This document shows positions 46,301 to 56,170 of a DNA stretch of 64,000 bases, in pieces (positions within the stretch are counted from its first letter, which is position 1; each line of letters starts with the position of its first letter). The translations under genes and the position numbers were made by a program. Under the pieces are notes generated by a model. It was given only the letters and a program-made list of their open reading frames with translations. It had not been told where the DNA came from and ran no database searches. This DNA comes from an uncultured virus (IMG/VR IMGVR_UViG_3300048580_000163). Its lineage: Duplodnaviria > Heunggongvirae > Uroviricota > Caudoviricetes. The stretch lies in the IMG/VR virus record IMGVR_UViG_3300048580_000163, positions 1 to 64,000 of that record; one strand, given 5' to 3'.

Positions 46301-49300
46301 ATCTCTCTATCTAGACAAGGTTTTATTGGTGATTTTTTAAATGACTATGAATTCTTAGCTGAAGGAAGTGAGCATTCTGTTTATATAAGTAAAGATGGAA
46401 AAACTGTTATAAAGATAGGAGAGCCTTACGGAAGTAATGAGGGGTTTATGCCAAGAGTAAAGGATGCAATTTCAATAAGTAATTTAATTGGAGATGGCAG
46501 TCTTGAGGTTATAGGTTATTATGAGCAAAATGGAGTTAAAAACCCTATATATAAACAAAATTATTTAAAAGGAGAGACCGCTTCTCAATCAGAGGTTTCT
46601 TCTTATTTAGAGTCTAAAGGTTTTTTAAATATAGGAAATGATAACTTTGTTGTAAATGTAGATGGTAAGTTTTTAAGAATATCAGATACGTCTGACAATT
46701 TTATAAAAGATGATAACGGAAATATTTTTGCTATAGATGCAGGCATAGTTGAAATATCTGAAAATGATTTAACAGACAGTCAAAAACAAGAAATTAACAA
46801 AAAAAACATTAAAACACAAGAAGAAATAGTAACGCCTAAAGATGAAGATTTAGAAATACAAGAAGATGAGGTAATAACTATTCCAGAAGACGAGATAGAG
46901 GCTTTAAGACAAGAAGTTACTGAACAAAGAATAGAGGGTAGTTTATCTGATAATATCGGTCAAAAAGGATATATTGGATCAAAAGAAGGTATGATTAAGA
47001 TAGATGATACCAATCGAAACACTATTGTATTTGAAACAAATAATGAAATAATAGAGTTAGGAAAGGTTAATGAAGATTCTAACAGACCGATAGCGTCTTT
47101 TGGTATTTCTAAATTCCCTCAAGAAGGAGTAAGAACGGAAGCTAAGCAAGGTAAATCAATACCAGTAGTAAAAATAGATGGTAAAGAATATGAATTTGTA
47201 AGTAGAGCGAGAGACAAAAAAGGAAAAGCTGTTGTTAAATTAAAAGAAAAAGAAACTGGTCTTGTAAGAAGAATATCTGGAGAAAAAGCAGAGAGAATTT
47301 TAAAAGATGTTTCATTGCAATCTGACAAAAAAGAGACAAAACTTAATTTACAAGTGGCTGGTAAAGAAGTTGTTGGAAAAACAGATAAAGAAATAAAAGC
47401 AGAAGAGAAGAAAAGAAATTCTGAAGAAAGAAGAAAGAGAAGAGAAGAGTTTCAATCTAAAACACTTAACGAACTTAAAGAAGAAGAAAAGAAATCAGAA
47501 GAATTATTAGCTAAAATAGAAGAAGAAATATTAGATGAATTAGTTAAGAAATCTAAGAACAAAGATTTAGTTAAGGTAGGTCAAAGAGTATTTCAAGTAA
47601 CCAAAAAACAAGATGGAACATTTGCCGTATCACAAGTAAATCCTGAAGGTAAACTTGTTGGTATTAGAGATGAGGCTACAAGAAATAAAGCTATTGGCGT
47701 ATTTAAAGCTAAAAAAACAAAGGCAGATAAAAAAGATTTACAAGAGGCTCAAAACTTAATAGAAAGCTTTAAGAAAGATGAAAGAGATAGAATTGAGAAA
47801 CTATTAGATAAAGCTATAAGTGCTTTAGATTTAAAAGGTAAGGGTGCTTTTGATGCTTCAATAGCCTTACCAGCTTACGCTGCTAAAAAGTTCTTACAAG
47901 GAATTAAGGTTTCTTATAAAGCAGGTAAAACTCTTGCGGAAGCTATAAATGATGGTATAAAACTAGTTAGAGATATGGGCTATATATCTGTTTCTGATTT
48001 TGATTTAAAGGAATACGCATTAAAACAATTATCAACTAAAAAAGAAGACAAAGATGCCATTCAAGAGCAAACAACAAGTGAAATTCCTGTACAGCCAGAA
48101 ACCGCAGTTAGCGAAGAAGTGGAGCAAGGAGAACCCGAAGCAAAACCTGAAGAGTCTACCGAGCAAGGTGAAGAAAAAGTAAAACCACTAAAAGAAGTTA
48201 AGAGTCAACTACAAGAGCTATTTAGTGCAGCTAAAGAAGCTATATCTATAACGAAAAATAGAGCTAAAGAAATTGATAAGTTAAAGAAAGACTTAAATCA
48301 ATTTGTAAAGTCTAATTTAGTTGGTCTTGATGCTTCTGATATTATGAAGTCTGCTTATCAGAAAATAACGTCATTAGTTCAAAATACTACTGATGCAAAC
48401 TTTGAGGGGCAAGCAGAAAAGATTAATGATATTATAGATGACTTATATCTTAGAAGAGAGTTAAGAGACGAGGCTATACTTGACAAGAAAATCAAGGAAG
48501 CTTCTAAAGATACTTTTTACAAGGATAAAACTTCTGGAAAAGTTACCAAAACTAAAGTAACTGATGAATTTAAGAAGAAGATTGAAGAGGCTAAGAAGAA
48601 GTTCTCTAAAATAAACAACCCTACAATAGCTGATAAGACTGTATTTTATTTGGAGGTTAATAAACTATTAAAAGATGGTATTAAGGCAAGAAAAGCTATA
48701 AATGAAGCAAGAGATTCTAAATCAAGAGAGAATGCAAATAGATTAGCTATAATTTCTTTAAATAAGAATAAGAGTATTGAGCCTAAGAAAACAGTTAAAC
48801 TAGAGTCAACTACAATAGATAAGATTTTCGATAAATTCTCAGGTGGAGTTATCTTTAATGGTAAGATATATTTGAATACAAAATCAGGTAAATCTAACTT
48901 TATCACAGATACTGAAGGACTAAGTAGGGTGTCTTTTAATCCAATATCTACATCAAATGTAGCTAGTAGTGCGGAAACTAATAGAAAGGGCTTTAAAACG
49001 GCTTTTAATGACATTAGAAGAAGATATAGTACCGCAACATTCAGTGCTGATAAATTTTTTGAGCCTTTATTTTCAGTTGAAGGAGCTAAAGAATTCCTTG
49101 ATAAAAATTGGATAAATAGACTGAAGGTTTACTCTGAGAAGCTTGGTAGAAAAGTAAGTGAATTTAGAGATGTTCGTGATAACTTTATTAAGGATGTTAT
49201 TGGTAAAGATAATTTCTTAAACAATAATAGAATCTTAAAGTCTAATACATACGATGTAATTAAGACTGCTGTTGCTATATTTAAGGGTGGTGATAAGAGT

Positions 49301-52030
49301 AGTCCTCTTTGGTCTTTTGTTGGTAGAAATGAAATTCAATTTAGCATAGATGTTAATGGAAAGAAAGTTGAAGGAGACTATCTTGGTATTATTGACGAAT
49401 TAGATTTAATGATTAAGAAAGACCCTTCTATAAAGAAATTTAAAGACCAATTTGTAAGTAGATATATTCCTTTCGATAAAATGAAGAATGAAGGTGTTGC
49501 AGCATTATTTAATATGCTTAGACAACCTGAAGGATTGAATAAATTCTTAAATTCATATTCAATTGATGACGCTAAGGCTATTATATCTTATGTAAATGAG
49601 AATCCTGGAATTAGAGAGGTTGCTGATAAGTCTGCTAAATTGTTTGAAAATATAAGAGATTATGTAAATCCTACATTAGATAAATTAGGATATGATACTT
49701 TAGGTGAGGCAAAATATGTTAGTAAAGAGGATGCGTTAAAAATTAAAGATGATAAGTCAACTAGAGATTTGTATGAGATTTTAGATATGGTTTACCCTAA
49801 TGGTCTTCCTGAAAAGATACCATACTATCCATTATCGGCTGAATCATTATCTGGTACAAATGAAGGCAATGTTTTAGAGTTCTTTGAAGATTCTGAGAAT
49901 CCTAATGCTGATTATAGTCTATTATTCCCTTCTTTATTTACAAGAACATCTGGAGGTAATTTAAACCTTAATGATTTATCTGTAACACGTTCATTTGACA
50001 ATATAGCAAAAGAAGCTATCACATTAGTTCAAGGGTCTGATATTGTATCTGATGTTAGGAATTTATATGCTAATGAAGGAAACAATGTGGCTATGATTAG
50101 TGCATTTGGAAAAAGTTGGAATGATAAGTTTAAGACAAAGATATTAAACATAGTTAGAGACGATGCTTATAATACATCTATGGGGTCTAAAGACTTAGTA
50201 GGGTCTGCATCAAGATTTTGGGTAGCAAGTAGATCAACACTTAGAGCGGCTCAGTTAGCTTTAAATGCATTTTCAGCTATATCTCAGTTAACTGGTATTC
50301 CAATTGCTTATGCTAAGAAAGGAAACCTTAAATACCTAAAAGATACATTAAAGAATTTAGCTAAAAAAGAAACTAGAAATAAAGAGTTTAATGAATTAAA
50401 AGAAGCTTATAACGCAATAGTTAATTCGAAGAACTACATTGAGAGAACAAATAAGAGGAAAGATAATGCTGAGGTTGCTGCTATTCAAAGTATAAATGAT
50501 AACTTAGGTTACAGGGTTTCTGGAGCATTAATATCTGACTTACTTATATTCACAACAGTATTCGACCAAATATCAGTTATAGCTTTAACACCACTATATA
50601 AAGGTAAATACCAAGTAGACTCGCAAACTACAACTACTGAAAATGTAGATGAGTTCTTTGCAGAGGAAGTTAATAAGACATTGCAATCAAATGCTCCATT
50701 CTATACTGGTACTGCGTTTTATCAGAAATGGGCTTTAGCTTTAGGTTTAGGAGGATATTTGCAATCTCCAAGACAGATTATGGAGATGATGAGTTCTGAT
50801 ATAAATTCAATGTTAAGAAAAGATGGAGATTATGCTTCTAAGATGAAGAGGATTATAGCTATGTCGTCTTTTGGACTAATACTTCCTGTAATGATAAAAG
50901 AGGCTCTTAGAGGCAGTGATGATGAAGATGAGGAAAGTAAAGCAGATAAGAAGACATCTATATTGCAGTTTGGAAATAAAATTATAGATTCTATACTTGA
51001 GAGTATGGGGTTTGCTGGAACGTTAACATCTTCAATTAAGAATGCTGCTTTAATTAAATATAGTCCTGACGTTATGGAGATGGATGTAAATCCTTCCGAT
51101 CTTAAATCTCAAGATGTGGTTATGCAAGCATTAAAAGGAGCTTCACCAAACATATCTATAACAATGAGGGGTATTGATAATGTAATTGATAAGAAAGAGA
51201 TATACACAAATACAGACCAATTCTTATTTGCTTTAGAGACTGGAACTGGATTTGCTGGAGCTAAACTTAAAAAGAATATAGACTACGTTGTAGCGGTTGG
51301 AAGTGAAAGTTATGACTACAAAGATTATTGGTCTTTAGTAACAGGTAAGGTAACTCAAGATGAATTCAAGCAGTACGAAAAAGAGTTAAATACATTTAGA
51401 GAAACTTTAGATAAGGCTGTATATCCTAGATTAACACCTAATAAGACGTTAAATACATCATTCTTAAATGAGAAGCAAATGAACGAGTTGTCTAAGATGG
51501 GCTTTGAACAAAAAGCAGAGTACATTGAGAATATAAGACTTAATTTAATGCGCAAGAGTGTAGTAGAGCAGGTTGAATTCCTTAAGAAGTTAGGCGGTAT
51601 GGATAAGACTAAAGGCTACTATAAAGTAAGGGAGTCTAAGATAAAAGAAGAGCTATCTGAAGACGCATTTAAGTTACTTGAGAATAAGTATTATAGTGGA
51701 GAGAATTTAATGACAGTAGAAGAGTTAACTGACAAGTTAGATGAGTTTGCTAAAGAAGAGAATATATCAGAAGAAACATCTTTAAGCATATTAAAGGAAG
51801 CTATAAAGAAAGCTAACGAAAAGATAAGTGAAAAGTTTGTTATTCCAGCTATAAAGAAATTAGATAAAGTGAGTAAAGGTAGGGATAGAGCTAAGTATAT
51901 TTACGATAATGTAGGTGATTTAATGGAAGGAGATAATATTAAATATATTGAAATGATGGGAGATGATTTCGATGAAGATACTAGCGATGAATACTTTGAA
52001 ATACTAAGGAAGAAACAAAATAATAAGTAA
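43310..52030 (+). CDS. Giant polyvalent ejection protein with kinase-like domain
   Basis: 2906 aa; EGSEHSVY...VIK...DTSDN...AIDAG at about 46350-46760. Confidence 0.75.
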   Translation: MDELKKLYEVLVREGKYTKSFDEFQNKWSNDEPYKDKVYEVVKRDGLYSKDKDSFLQKYSSVTSKKKVESTGTSEEAPSVSPVQQTKAKSFSVGGKPLQTGASASSVGKNKALFGAPVQSFTEQKSKEFKEAKKKEITVIDKKPVVDITSQFNVKPNTFTEAVSAQVDNDFKVAPVSPLSVVVSEKQKQRKASQQEGLDNYLTKESIDFEDALAGKGFLNNVENFARGSWNTALALASNLPFGIGEKASEVIGSTGVVADKTSVDKYFNKAKQEFEKEGKSVTPERLKERAKEIKLKEAKDNYIENQDAEFLNEIKNEEYVDPKSGEVIKIQDALRINDFEKYNTLNKESVKYSNLLKLNKEKVDGFYNDLKQTKNVLNHQIIFGNFDYATDIYNGLLNKEDKNQDDLDFISYYETNKDKAASSPINPNLKQIVSKLEEEIKSKADDFNSALDTQLNYIEKFDKSFTGKEDAYDDFDNSRRSYDGVFGDKVYLSAAETVNGTIKTIQTLAELSDKLKGKIGLPLQGADSYLFNKVFKDYNYYDFSKELEKQKELVREDVKEVTNASSLLNYVSDVTATQTGQMALPMLAGYGKVAMPLLRQSAVYFSSGFGRGVGESEEFEERFKRGLVEPGEIGKVHTFAEKLIHGGITGGADILGNLPTALRLSKSFNSLLSKPETANIFWKSWTKKGLDEAKELGTDLLKENTEESLAEIFQDLSRVFVLNEDGVNIGQSIDDVIKDTTTFTLISKIFPLMGRGVINRIASTSDKNKISELEKELYYWKGKLGENVSEETKAIYSDRISKIQSNIDKTNLSIIDKVKKDAGGVSAIESLNTEIDNMLQEANKINENKELSKEEKKVLLDAQKELYTSLISNRDALIDGSKTSFDLLPEEVQTKFKDEAKSILKQALIDKGEEETLININAESINNKAKELYNQKIEEDAKRKQTDGQITSEEKPTTTAEEQTVSTTQQEGNVGLQEKINSVELDFNNNNLDKIEISLSRQGFIGDFLNDYEFLAEGSEHSVYISKDGKTVIKIGEPYGSNEGFMPRVKDAISISNLIGDGSLEVIGYYEQNGVKNPIYKQNYLKGETASQSEVSSYLESKGFLNIGNDNFVVNVDGKFLRISDTSDNFIKDDNGNIFAIDAGIVEISENDLTDSQKQEINKKNIKTQEEIVTPKDEDLEIQEDEVITIPEDEIEALRQEVTEQRIEGSLSDNIGQKGYIGSKEGMIKIDDTNRNTIVFETNNEIIELGKVNEDSNRPIASFGISKFPQEGVRTEAKQGKSIPVVKIDGKEYEFVSRARDKKGKAVVKLKEKETGLVRRISGEKAERILKDVSLQSDKKETKLNLQVAGKEVVGKTDKEIKAEEKKRNSEERRKRREEFQSKTLNELKEEEKKSEELLAKIEEEILDELVKKSKNKDLVKVGQRVFQVTKKQDGTFAVSQVNPEGKLVGIRDEATRNKAIGVFKAKKTKADKKDLQEAQNLIESFKKDERDRIEKLLDKAISALDLKGKGAFDASIALPAYAAKKFLQGIKVSYKAGKTLAEAINDGIKLVRDMGYISVSDFDLKEYALKQLSTKKEDKDAIQEQTTSEIPVQPETAVSEEVEQGEPEAKPEESTEQGEEKVKPLKEVKSQLQELFSAAKEAISITKNRAKEIDKLKKDLNQFVKSNLVGLDASDIMKSAYQKITSLVQNTTDANFEGQAEKINDIIDDLYLRRELRDEAILDKKIKEASKDTFYKDKTSGKVTKTKVTDEFKKKIEEAKKKFSKINNPTIADKTVFYLEVNKLLKDGIKARKAINEARDSKSRENANRLAIISLNKNKSIEPKKTVKLESTTIDKIFDKFSGGVIFNGKIYLNTKSGKSNFITDTEGLSRVSFNPISTSNVASSAETNRKGFKTAFNDIRRRYSTATFSADKFFEPLFSVEGAKEFLDKNWINRLKVYSEKLGRKVSEFRDVRDNFIKDVIGKDNFLNNNRILKSNTYDVIKTAVAIFKGGDKSSPLWSFVGRNEIQFSIDVNGKKVEGDYLGIIDELDLMIKKDPSIKKFKDQFVSRYIPFDKMKNEGVAALFNMLRQPEGLNKFLNSYSIDDAKAIISYVNENPGIREVADKSAKLFENIRDYVNPTLDKLGYDTLGEAKYVSKEDALKIKDDKSTRDLYEILDMVYPNGLPEKIPYYPLSAESLSGTNEGNVLEFFEDSENPNADYSLLFPSLFTRTSGGNLNLNDLSVTRSFDNIAKEAITLVQGSDIVSDVRNLYANEGNNVAMISAFGKSWNDKFKTKILNIVRDDAYNTSMGSKDLVGSASRFWVASRSTLRAAQLALNAFSAISQLTGIPIAYAKKGNLKYLKDTLKNLAKKETRNKEFNELKEAYNAIVNSKNYIERTNKRKDNAEVAAIQSINDNLGYRVSGALISDLLIFTTVFDQISVIALTPLYKGKYQVDSQTTTTENVDEFFAEEVNKTLQSNAPFYTGTAFYQKWALALGLGGYLQSPRQIMEMMSSDINSMLRKDGDYASKMKRIIAMSSFGLILPVMIKEALRGSDDEDEESKADKKTSILQFGNKIIDSILESMGFAGTLTSSIKNAALIKYSPDVMEMDVNPSDLKSQDVVMQALKGASPNISITMRGIDNVIDKKEIYTNTDQFLFALETGTGFAGAKLKKNIDYVVAVGSESYDYKDYWSLVTGKVTQDEFKQYEKELNTFRETLDKAVYPRLTPNKTLNTSFLNEKQMNELSKMGFEQKAEYIENIRLNLMRKSVVEQVEFLKKLGGMDKTKGYYKVRESKIKEELSEDAFKLLENKYYSGENLMTVEELTDKLDEFAKEENISEETSLSILKEAIKKANEKISEKFVIPAIKKLDKVSKGRDRAKYIYDNVGDLMEGDNIKYIEMMGDDFDEDTSDEYFEILRKKQNNK
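46131..46253 (+). CDS. Nested +1-frame small basic ORF (40 aa)
   Basis: MQKESKLMGKSPVKKSLQPQPKNKPLAQHSKKVMSGCKKK; A-rich upstream. Confidence 0.45.
   Translation: MQKESKLMGKSPVKKSLQPQPKNKPLAQHSKKVMSGCKKK
48054..48182 (+). CDS. Nested +1-frame MPFKS-type small basic protein (42 aa)
   Basis: MPFKSKQQVKFLYSQKPQLAKKWSKENPKQNLKSLPSKVKKK. Confidence 0.65.
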   Translation: MPFKSKQQVKFLYSQKPQLAKKWSKENPKQNLKSLPSKVKKK

Positions 52031-52037
52031 AAAAATT

Positions 52038-52064
52038 GGAGGGGTTAAATTCCCCTCCTTTTTT
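52038..52064. terminator. Terminator between convergent arms
   Basis: GGAGGGG/CCCCTCC flanked by A- and T-runs. Confidence 0.8.
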
Positions 52065-52067
52065 ATT

Positions 52068-52451
52068 TTATAGTAACGCACTTAGATTTACAGATGTATA
52101 TCCCATAGGCTTTAAAATCTTACCATCAGGATTCTTCAACACCTTTCCGTCATCTTGAACCTTAGTCATATTGTTCTCGTGGACCAAAGTAAATCCCTTG
52201 ATAAACTCTTCAGTCATTCCGTGTGCAGCGACTGTACCAAATAATACATACGCCATATCAATTAAGGCATCAAGTATTTCTACTTTATTATTCTGTAAGC
52301 AAGCCACAAAATACTCTCTATTCTCTTCAGACATAAGGTTATATCTAAGTGAAGCTACTTTATCTTCTACATTAGATGGTCTTCCTTTTACTTCTTGGTC
52401 ACAAGCTATCATAAAGTGTGATACCATTTCTATTGCTTTATTTATTTCCAT
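52068..52451 (-). CDS. MazG-like NTP pyrophosphohydrolase
   Basis: EENRE...DALID; VHENNMTK...DGKILKP. Confidence 0.85.
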   Translation of the reverse strand: MEINKAIEMVSHFMIACDQEVKGRPSNVEDKVASLRYNLMSEENREYFVACLQNNKVEILDALIDMAYVLFGTVAAHGMTEEFIKGFTLVHENNMTKVQDDGKVLKNPDGKILKPMGYTSVNLSALL

Positions 52452-52468
52452 AAGGTTGTTACTTTATT

Positions 52469-53752
52469 TTAAAACCAGTAAGGTATTGATATTTTTGTAT
52501 TATTTTCTTTATCTATGTTAAAAAAGTTAAATCCAGACTTGCTATTCTTAAAATTTGTCTTAACCCAATTACTTGGAGGAGAGAATGCTGGGTAGTTATA
52601 GTAACTGAAATCATTACTTGTAGTGTCGTCATATATAGCTTGATGAGAATCTCCTTTACTAAATTCTATGTAATTACCATTATACAATCTATGTTCCTTA
52701 CAATATTGATCTATCTTTTCAGCCTGAATAGCATCTAACTTTGGTTTAAATCCAAACTTCTGCTCACCAATATCTTTTCCGTGAGATATCACAAATGTAT
52801 GATTACCTACAGAGTAATGGTGTATAAATCTCTTTATAGAGTTAACATAAACTTTATTAGGGTATTTAGCTTCTAAAATATTCTTTACGGCTTGAGAAAC
52901 AAAGTAAGAAAATACTCCTGAGTGATTGTCATTGGTTATGTTATTACAAACTATTGTATCATAATTATCAATCAAGGCATCTACTAAGTAAATCTTAAAC
53001 TCTAAGGCTAAATCAAAAGCCTCTTTGTCATTCATATTCTGAGGAAGTTCGTGACCTTTTCTTGTTGTATTACCTCCAAGACCATCCATAAAATCACCTA
53101 AATCATCTATAATCAATGTATTACAAGTAGAGAATTTCTTGACGTGACTAATCATCTTATGCAACCTATTCAACACCTCTTCTTTATCCCACTTACCTTC
53201 ATATAAAGAATCTCCATCTTTACCATTTACATTCATAGCTATATGGGTGTCAGTATAAACAAGTCTATCAAACCAATCATTATTATCTAATGTCTTTAGA
53301 TCTTCAAAGACAACTGGTTTTATATGTTTCTTTACTATTTCTTCAAAGCTATCTTCAAGGTTAAACATAACATCATCTTCCGAAGAATAAAATACAACAT
53401 TATAAAATGGTATTCCTGAGTGAGATATTAATTTATAACTCCTAATCTTACTACAATCTAAACCATAAAACTCGCAATACTTCTCAATAGACATTAACTG
53501 ACCATCAGGACCTATTGCTGTAAATCCTTTAGGCTTCTTTTCTTTATCGTTTGAGTAATTATTACTATCTGATTCAGAGTCATTTGTAAGACCTAAGTCT
53601 TTTAACTTCTTTGAAAACGACCTCCGTAAACTATCATTATACTCAACATCACTCTCACGACAAGCAGTGATACAAGACTGAGTTATATTTTGACTCTCTA
53701 AATAAAGTTCGCTAACTCTATTTAATAATTTTTCTTTAAGATTATTGTCCAT
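52469..53752 (-). CDS. Calcineurin-like metallophosphoesterase
   Basis: TDTH, LGDFMDG, DNH, SHG, GDSH. Confidence 0.75.
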   Translation of the reverse strand: MDNNLKEKLLNRVSELYLESQNITQSCITACRESDVEYNDSLRRSFSKKLKDLGLTNDSESDSNNYSNDKEKKPKGFTAIGPDGQLMSIEKYCEFYGLDCSKIRSYKLISHSGIPFYNVVFYSSEDDVMFNLEDSFEEIVKKHIKPVVFEDLKTLDNNDWFDRLVYTDTHIAMNVNGKDGDSLYEGKWDKEEVLNRLHKMISHVKKFSTCNTLIIDDLGDFMDGLGGNTTRKGHELPQNMNDKEAFDLALEFKIYLVDALIDNYDTIVCNNITNDNHSGVFSYFVSQAVKNILEAKYPNKVYVNSIKRFIHHYSVGNHTFVISHGKDIGEQKFGFKPKLDAIQAEKIDQYCKEHRLYNGNYIEFSKGDSHQAIYDDTTSNDFSYYNYPAFSPPSNWVKTNFKNSKSGFNFFNIDKENNTKISIPYWF

Positions 53753-53990
53753 CTTTTTTCAGGTATTTATCAAAGTCATTCTTGATTTCCTCGCAGTAAG
53801 ATTGTATCTTATCTATTGCAGAGAATGTATAGGCTCTTTCGTGGTCTACCATACTCTCGTACAAGAAATCAGTTGCTTGATTAATTTTTTTCATCATTCG
53901 ATTGATTAATACAATTCTCTCGCTTTCAAGGAGTGCCTTATTAACTTGGTGTCTTGGGTGTTTAGTTTCCATTTCTTTATATTCTTTCAA
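53742..53990 (-). CDS. Hypothetical protein
   Basis: ORF track. Confidence 0.6.
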   Translation of the reverse strand: MKEYKEMETKHPRHQVNKALLESERIVLINRMMKKINQATDFLYESMVDHERAYTFSAIDKIQSYCEEIKNDFDKYLKKDGQ

Positions 53991-54420
53991 GGATTAATTT
54001 AATCGTTTCTACGCACTCTAAATTTGTTTGCGGAACATATATGTCACATTTAATATTCTGTCGATTTAACATACCCTTAAATAGCTTCATTCGCATATTG
54101 TAAGGTTCTGTTGGCAAACCTTTGGTCTCTATGATTGCATAATAGTCATTATGTCTAATCACAAAGTCAGGTTTATAAGACATATCATTTACCTTCTTAA
54201 AACCACGATTGATATAATCACCTTTACCAGATGATAACCTTGCGTGGTAGTTATTATTGAAAATGAAAGAGTCAGAAAGTGTATAGCTCTCTGACTCGTA
54301 TTTAAAGTTTATATTGTTTTCCTTAAGAAGTTTGTACATTGTACCTTCTAAACGAGACGAGAAGTTAATACCATCAATGGTAATCTTCTTCGATTTTATT
54401 AATCTTCTATCATACTTCAC
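53977..54420 (-). CDS. PD-(D/E)xK nuclease, endonuclease I/DUF1064-like
   Basis: FSSRLE, YKPDF, IIETKG. Confidence 0.82.
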   Translation of the reverse strand: MKYDRRLIKSKKITIDGINFSSRLEGTMYKLLKENNINFKYESESYTLSDSFIFNNNYHARLSSGKGDYINRGFKKVNDMSYKPDFVIRHNDYYAIIETKGLPTEPYNMRMKLFKGMLNRQNIKCDIYVPQTNLECVETIKLILERI

Positions 54421-54480
54421 TATAATAATTTCTTATTTGATGTCAAAGTTATATAAAAAAAATTGATTATTTAGTATTTT

Positions 54481-54942
54481 TTATGAGTTTTTTTTAAATC
54501 TACCATCAAAAACGACAATCATACTATCTTTTGTTCCGCTTTGAGTCTTTCCTTTGGAATTAAGTGGAAGATAAAAATTACCATTACTATCTATTTTACC
54601 AAACTTTATTCTCCCTTTTATAAATTCAATTGAAATTGCATTTGGTTTTATTGATTCGTGAAACAACTTAGTAGATGTAGATACTGGTATTAAGAATACA
54701 CAAACCTTTCCTTTATTCATTTCTTCAATACCCTTCTTTATAAATGCTTCTTTTAGTTTTTGAGAGTAAGGTGGATTTACAAAGTTAGAGTAACCCCATT
54801 CAATTTGTAGTCCATCATTTACTATTTCTCCTTCGTTATAAGGACAAGGATCGAAATCAAAGTTGAAACGACTATTTAACTCTTCATAAAATTCTGGAGG
54901 AGTTGCGTAGTTATCATCGTTGTTTATATGAATGTTCTTCAT
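54481..54942 (-). CDS. DNA N6-adenine methyltransferase (phage Dam-like)
   Basis: ATP, FDFDPC, FVNPPYS, GRIKF. Confidence 0.85.
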   Translation of the reverse strand: MKNIHINNDDNYATPPEFYEELNSRFNFDFDPCPYNEGEIVNDGLQIEWGYSNFVNPPYSQKLKEAFIKKGIEEMNKGKVCVFLIPVSTSTKLFHESIKPNAISIEFIKGRIKFGKIDSNGNFYLPLNSKGKTQSGTKDSMIVVFDGRFKKNS

Positions 54943-54945
54943 AAT

Positions 54946-55443
54946 CTATTTAGTATTTTTCTTAAGTTTTTTTACCAAATCTTTCATAGTATCTTTCTCA
55001 AGACCATCAACTATGCAATTCATTAACTCCTCAAAGTCTCCTGAAGCCTCAAAGAATAACTCATCTTTACCAGTTGCTACAATAGAATCGGATAGTTTAT
55101 GAAAAGCCTTTAACTTATCTGAAGCATTACGAACAGCATTTCTAACGTGCTTGTTTAATCCTGGAATAACTGGTATGTCATCATTATACCTATTCAATTC
55201 TCTGTATAATAACTCACCAACAACTAATATCTTTGATACTATCTTAGAGTATTCTGTCTTAAATACCTCAACATCAACACTCTTAACCTCTAACTTAAAG
55301 TGTTCAGCTAATTTAATTGCATCCTTAATGTTTGGTATTGGTGTTGCGTTTACAAATGAATCAGTGTAGTAGGTTTTATTTATGTCTTTAAAGTTAAGGT
55401 ACTTTCCTTTATTATCCTTTAAAAAGTTTATTGTTTCCTTCAT
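54946..55443 (-). CDS. Hypothetical protein
   Basis: ORF track. Confidence 0.65.
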   Translation of the reverse strand: MKETINFLKDNKGKYLNFKDINKTYYTDSFVNATPIPNIKDAIKLAEHFKLEVKSVDVEVFKTEYSKIVSKILVVGELLYRELNRYNDDIPVIPGLNKHVRNAVRNASDKLKAFHKLSDSIVATGKDELFFEASGDFEELMNCIVDGLEKDTMKDLVKKLKKNTK

Positions 55444-55915
55444 GTCTTTAAAATTTACTTAATTTAGTTTGATTAATCTCTGATAACAATTCGTGGTATC
55501 TCCTATTTAAAGCTTCGTCATTATGACCCTGTAGATAGTGGAATTGAATGGCATTTTTTACCTCCTCTAACTCCTTATGAAGTCTTTCCAACTCGATTTG
55601 GTGCGATGTGCAAGACATAATTTATTTTATTAAGGTTAATATTAAGTGCGAAAGTGTAAATCCAGCTATACCTCCTAAGAGTAGTGTCATATAATTACTT
55701 GCCTTTAAATCTTTTATTATTTGTTCCTGAACCTTTATTAACTCAAGGTATTGTTTTTCTTTATTCATTTTACTCTTCTTTAAATGTTTCATCAAATCTT
55801 TTTAATGCGATATTAGCCCATACAAAAGCTCCATCATTTTTAATGGCATTAGGCGCTGATACATAAGCTACATATACATCACACCAAAGCTTCATCCTTA
55901 CTGATTCTAATTCTT

Positions 55916-56170
55916 TCATTCTTTTTCCTTCTTTAAAAATTCTTTACAATCACCTACTGTATAAATACCTTGTTGGGTATTATCTAAAGCATAAACCCTC
56001 ATATCGTCTGGAAGATATTCTCCAACCTTTATTAACCACTTACTATAAGTTCCCCTAAAAAATACAGGTTCAAATATATCTCTTGATATATAATCTAATA
56101 AATCATTATCTTCATCTACTAACTTTTCGTGTTCAATGTTTTGTGTTAATATTCCAAATTTTGTACTCAT
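55916..56170 (-). CDS. Hypothetical protein
   Basis: ORF track. Confidence 0.6.
   Translation of the reverse strand: MSTKFGILTQNIEHEKLVDEDNDLLDYISRDIFEPVFFRGTYSKWLIKVGEYLPDDMRVYALDNTQQGIYTVGDCKEFLKKEKE

Noticed and set aside
43310..52030. crAss-type virion RNA polymerase
   Set aside because: The only DFDxD seen (DDFDED) lies in the acidic extreme C-terminus with no polymerase context.
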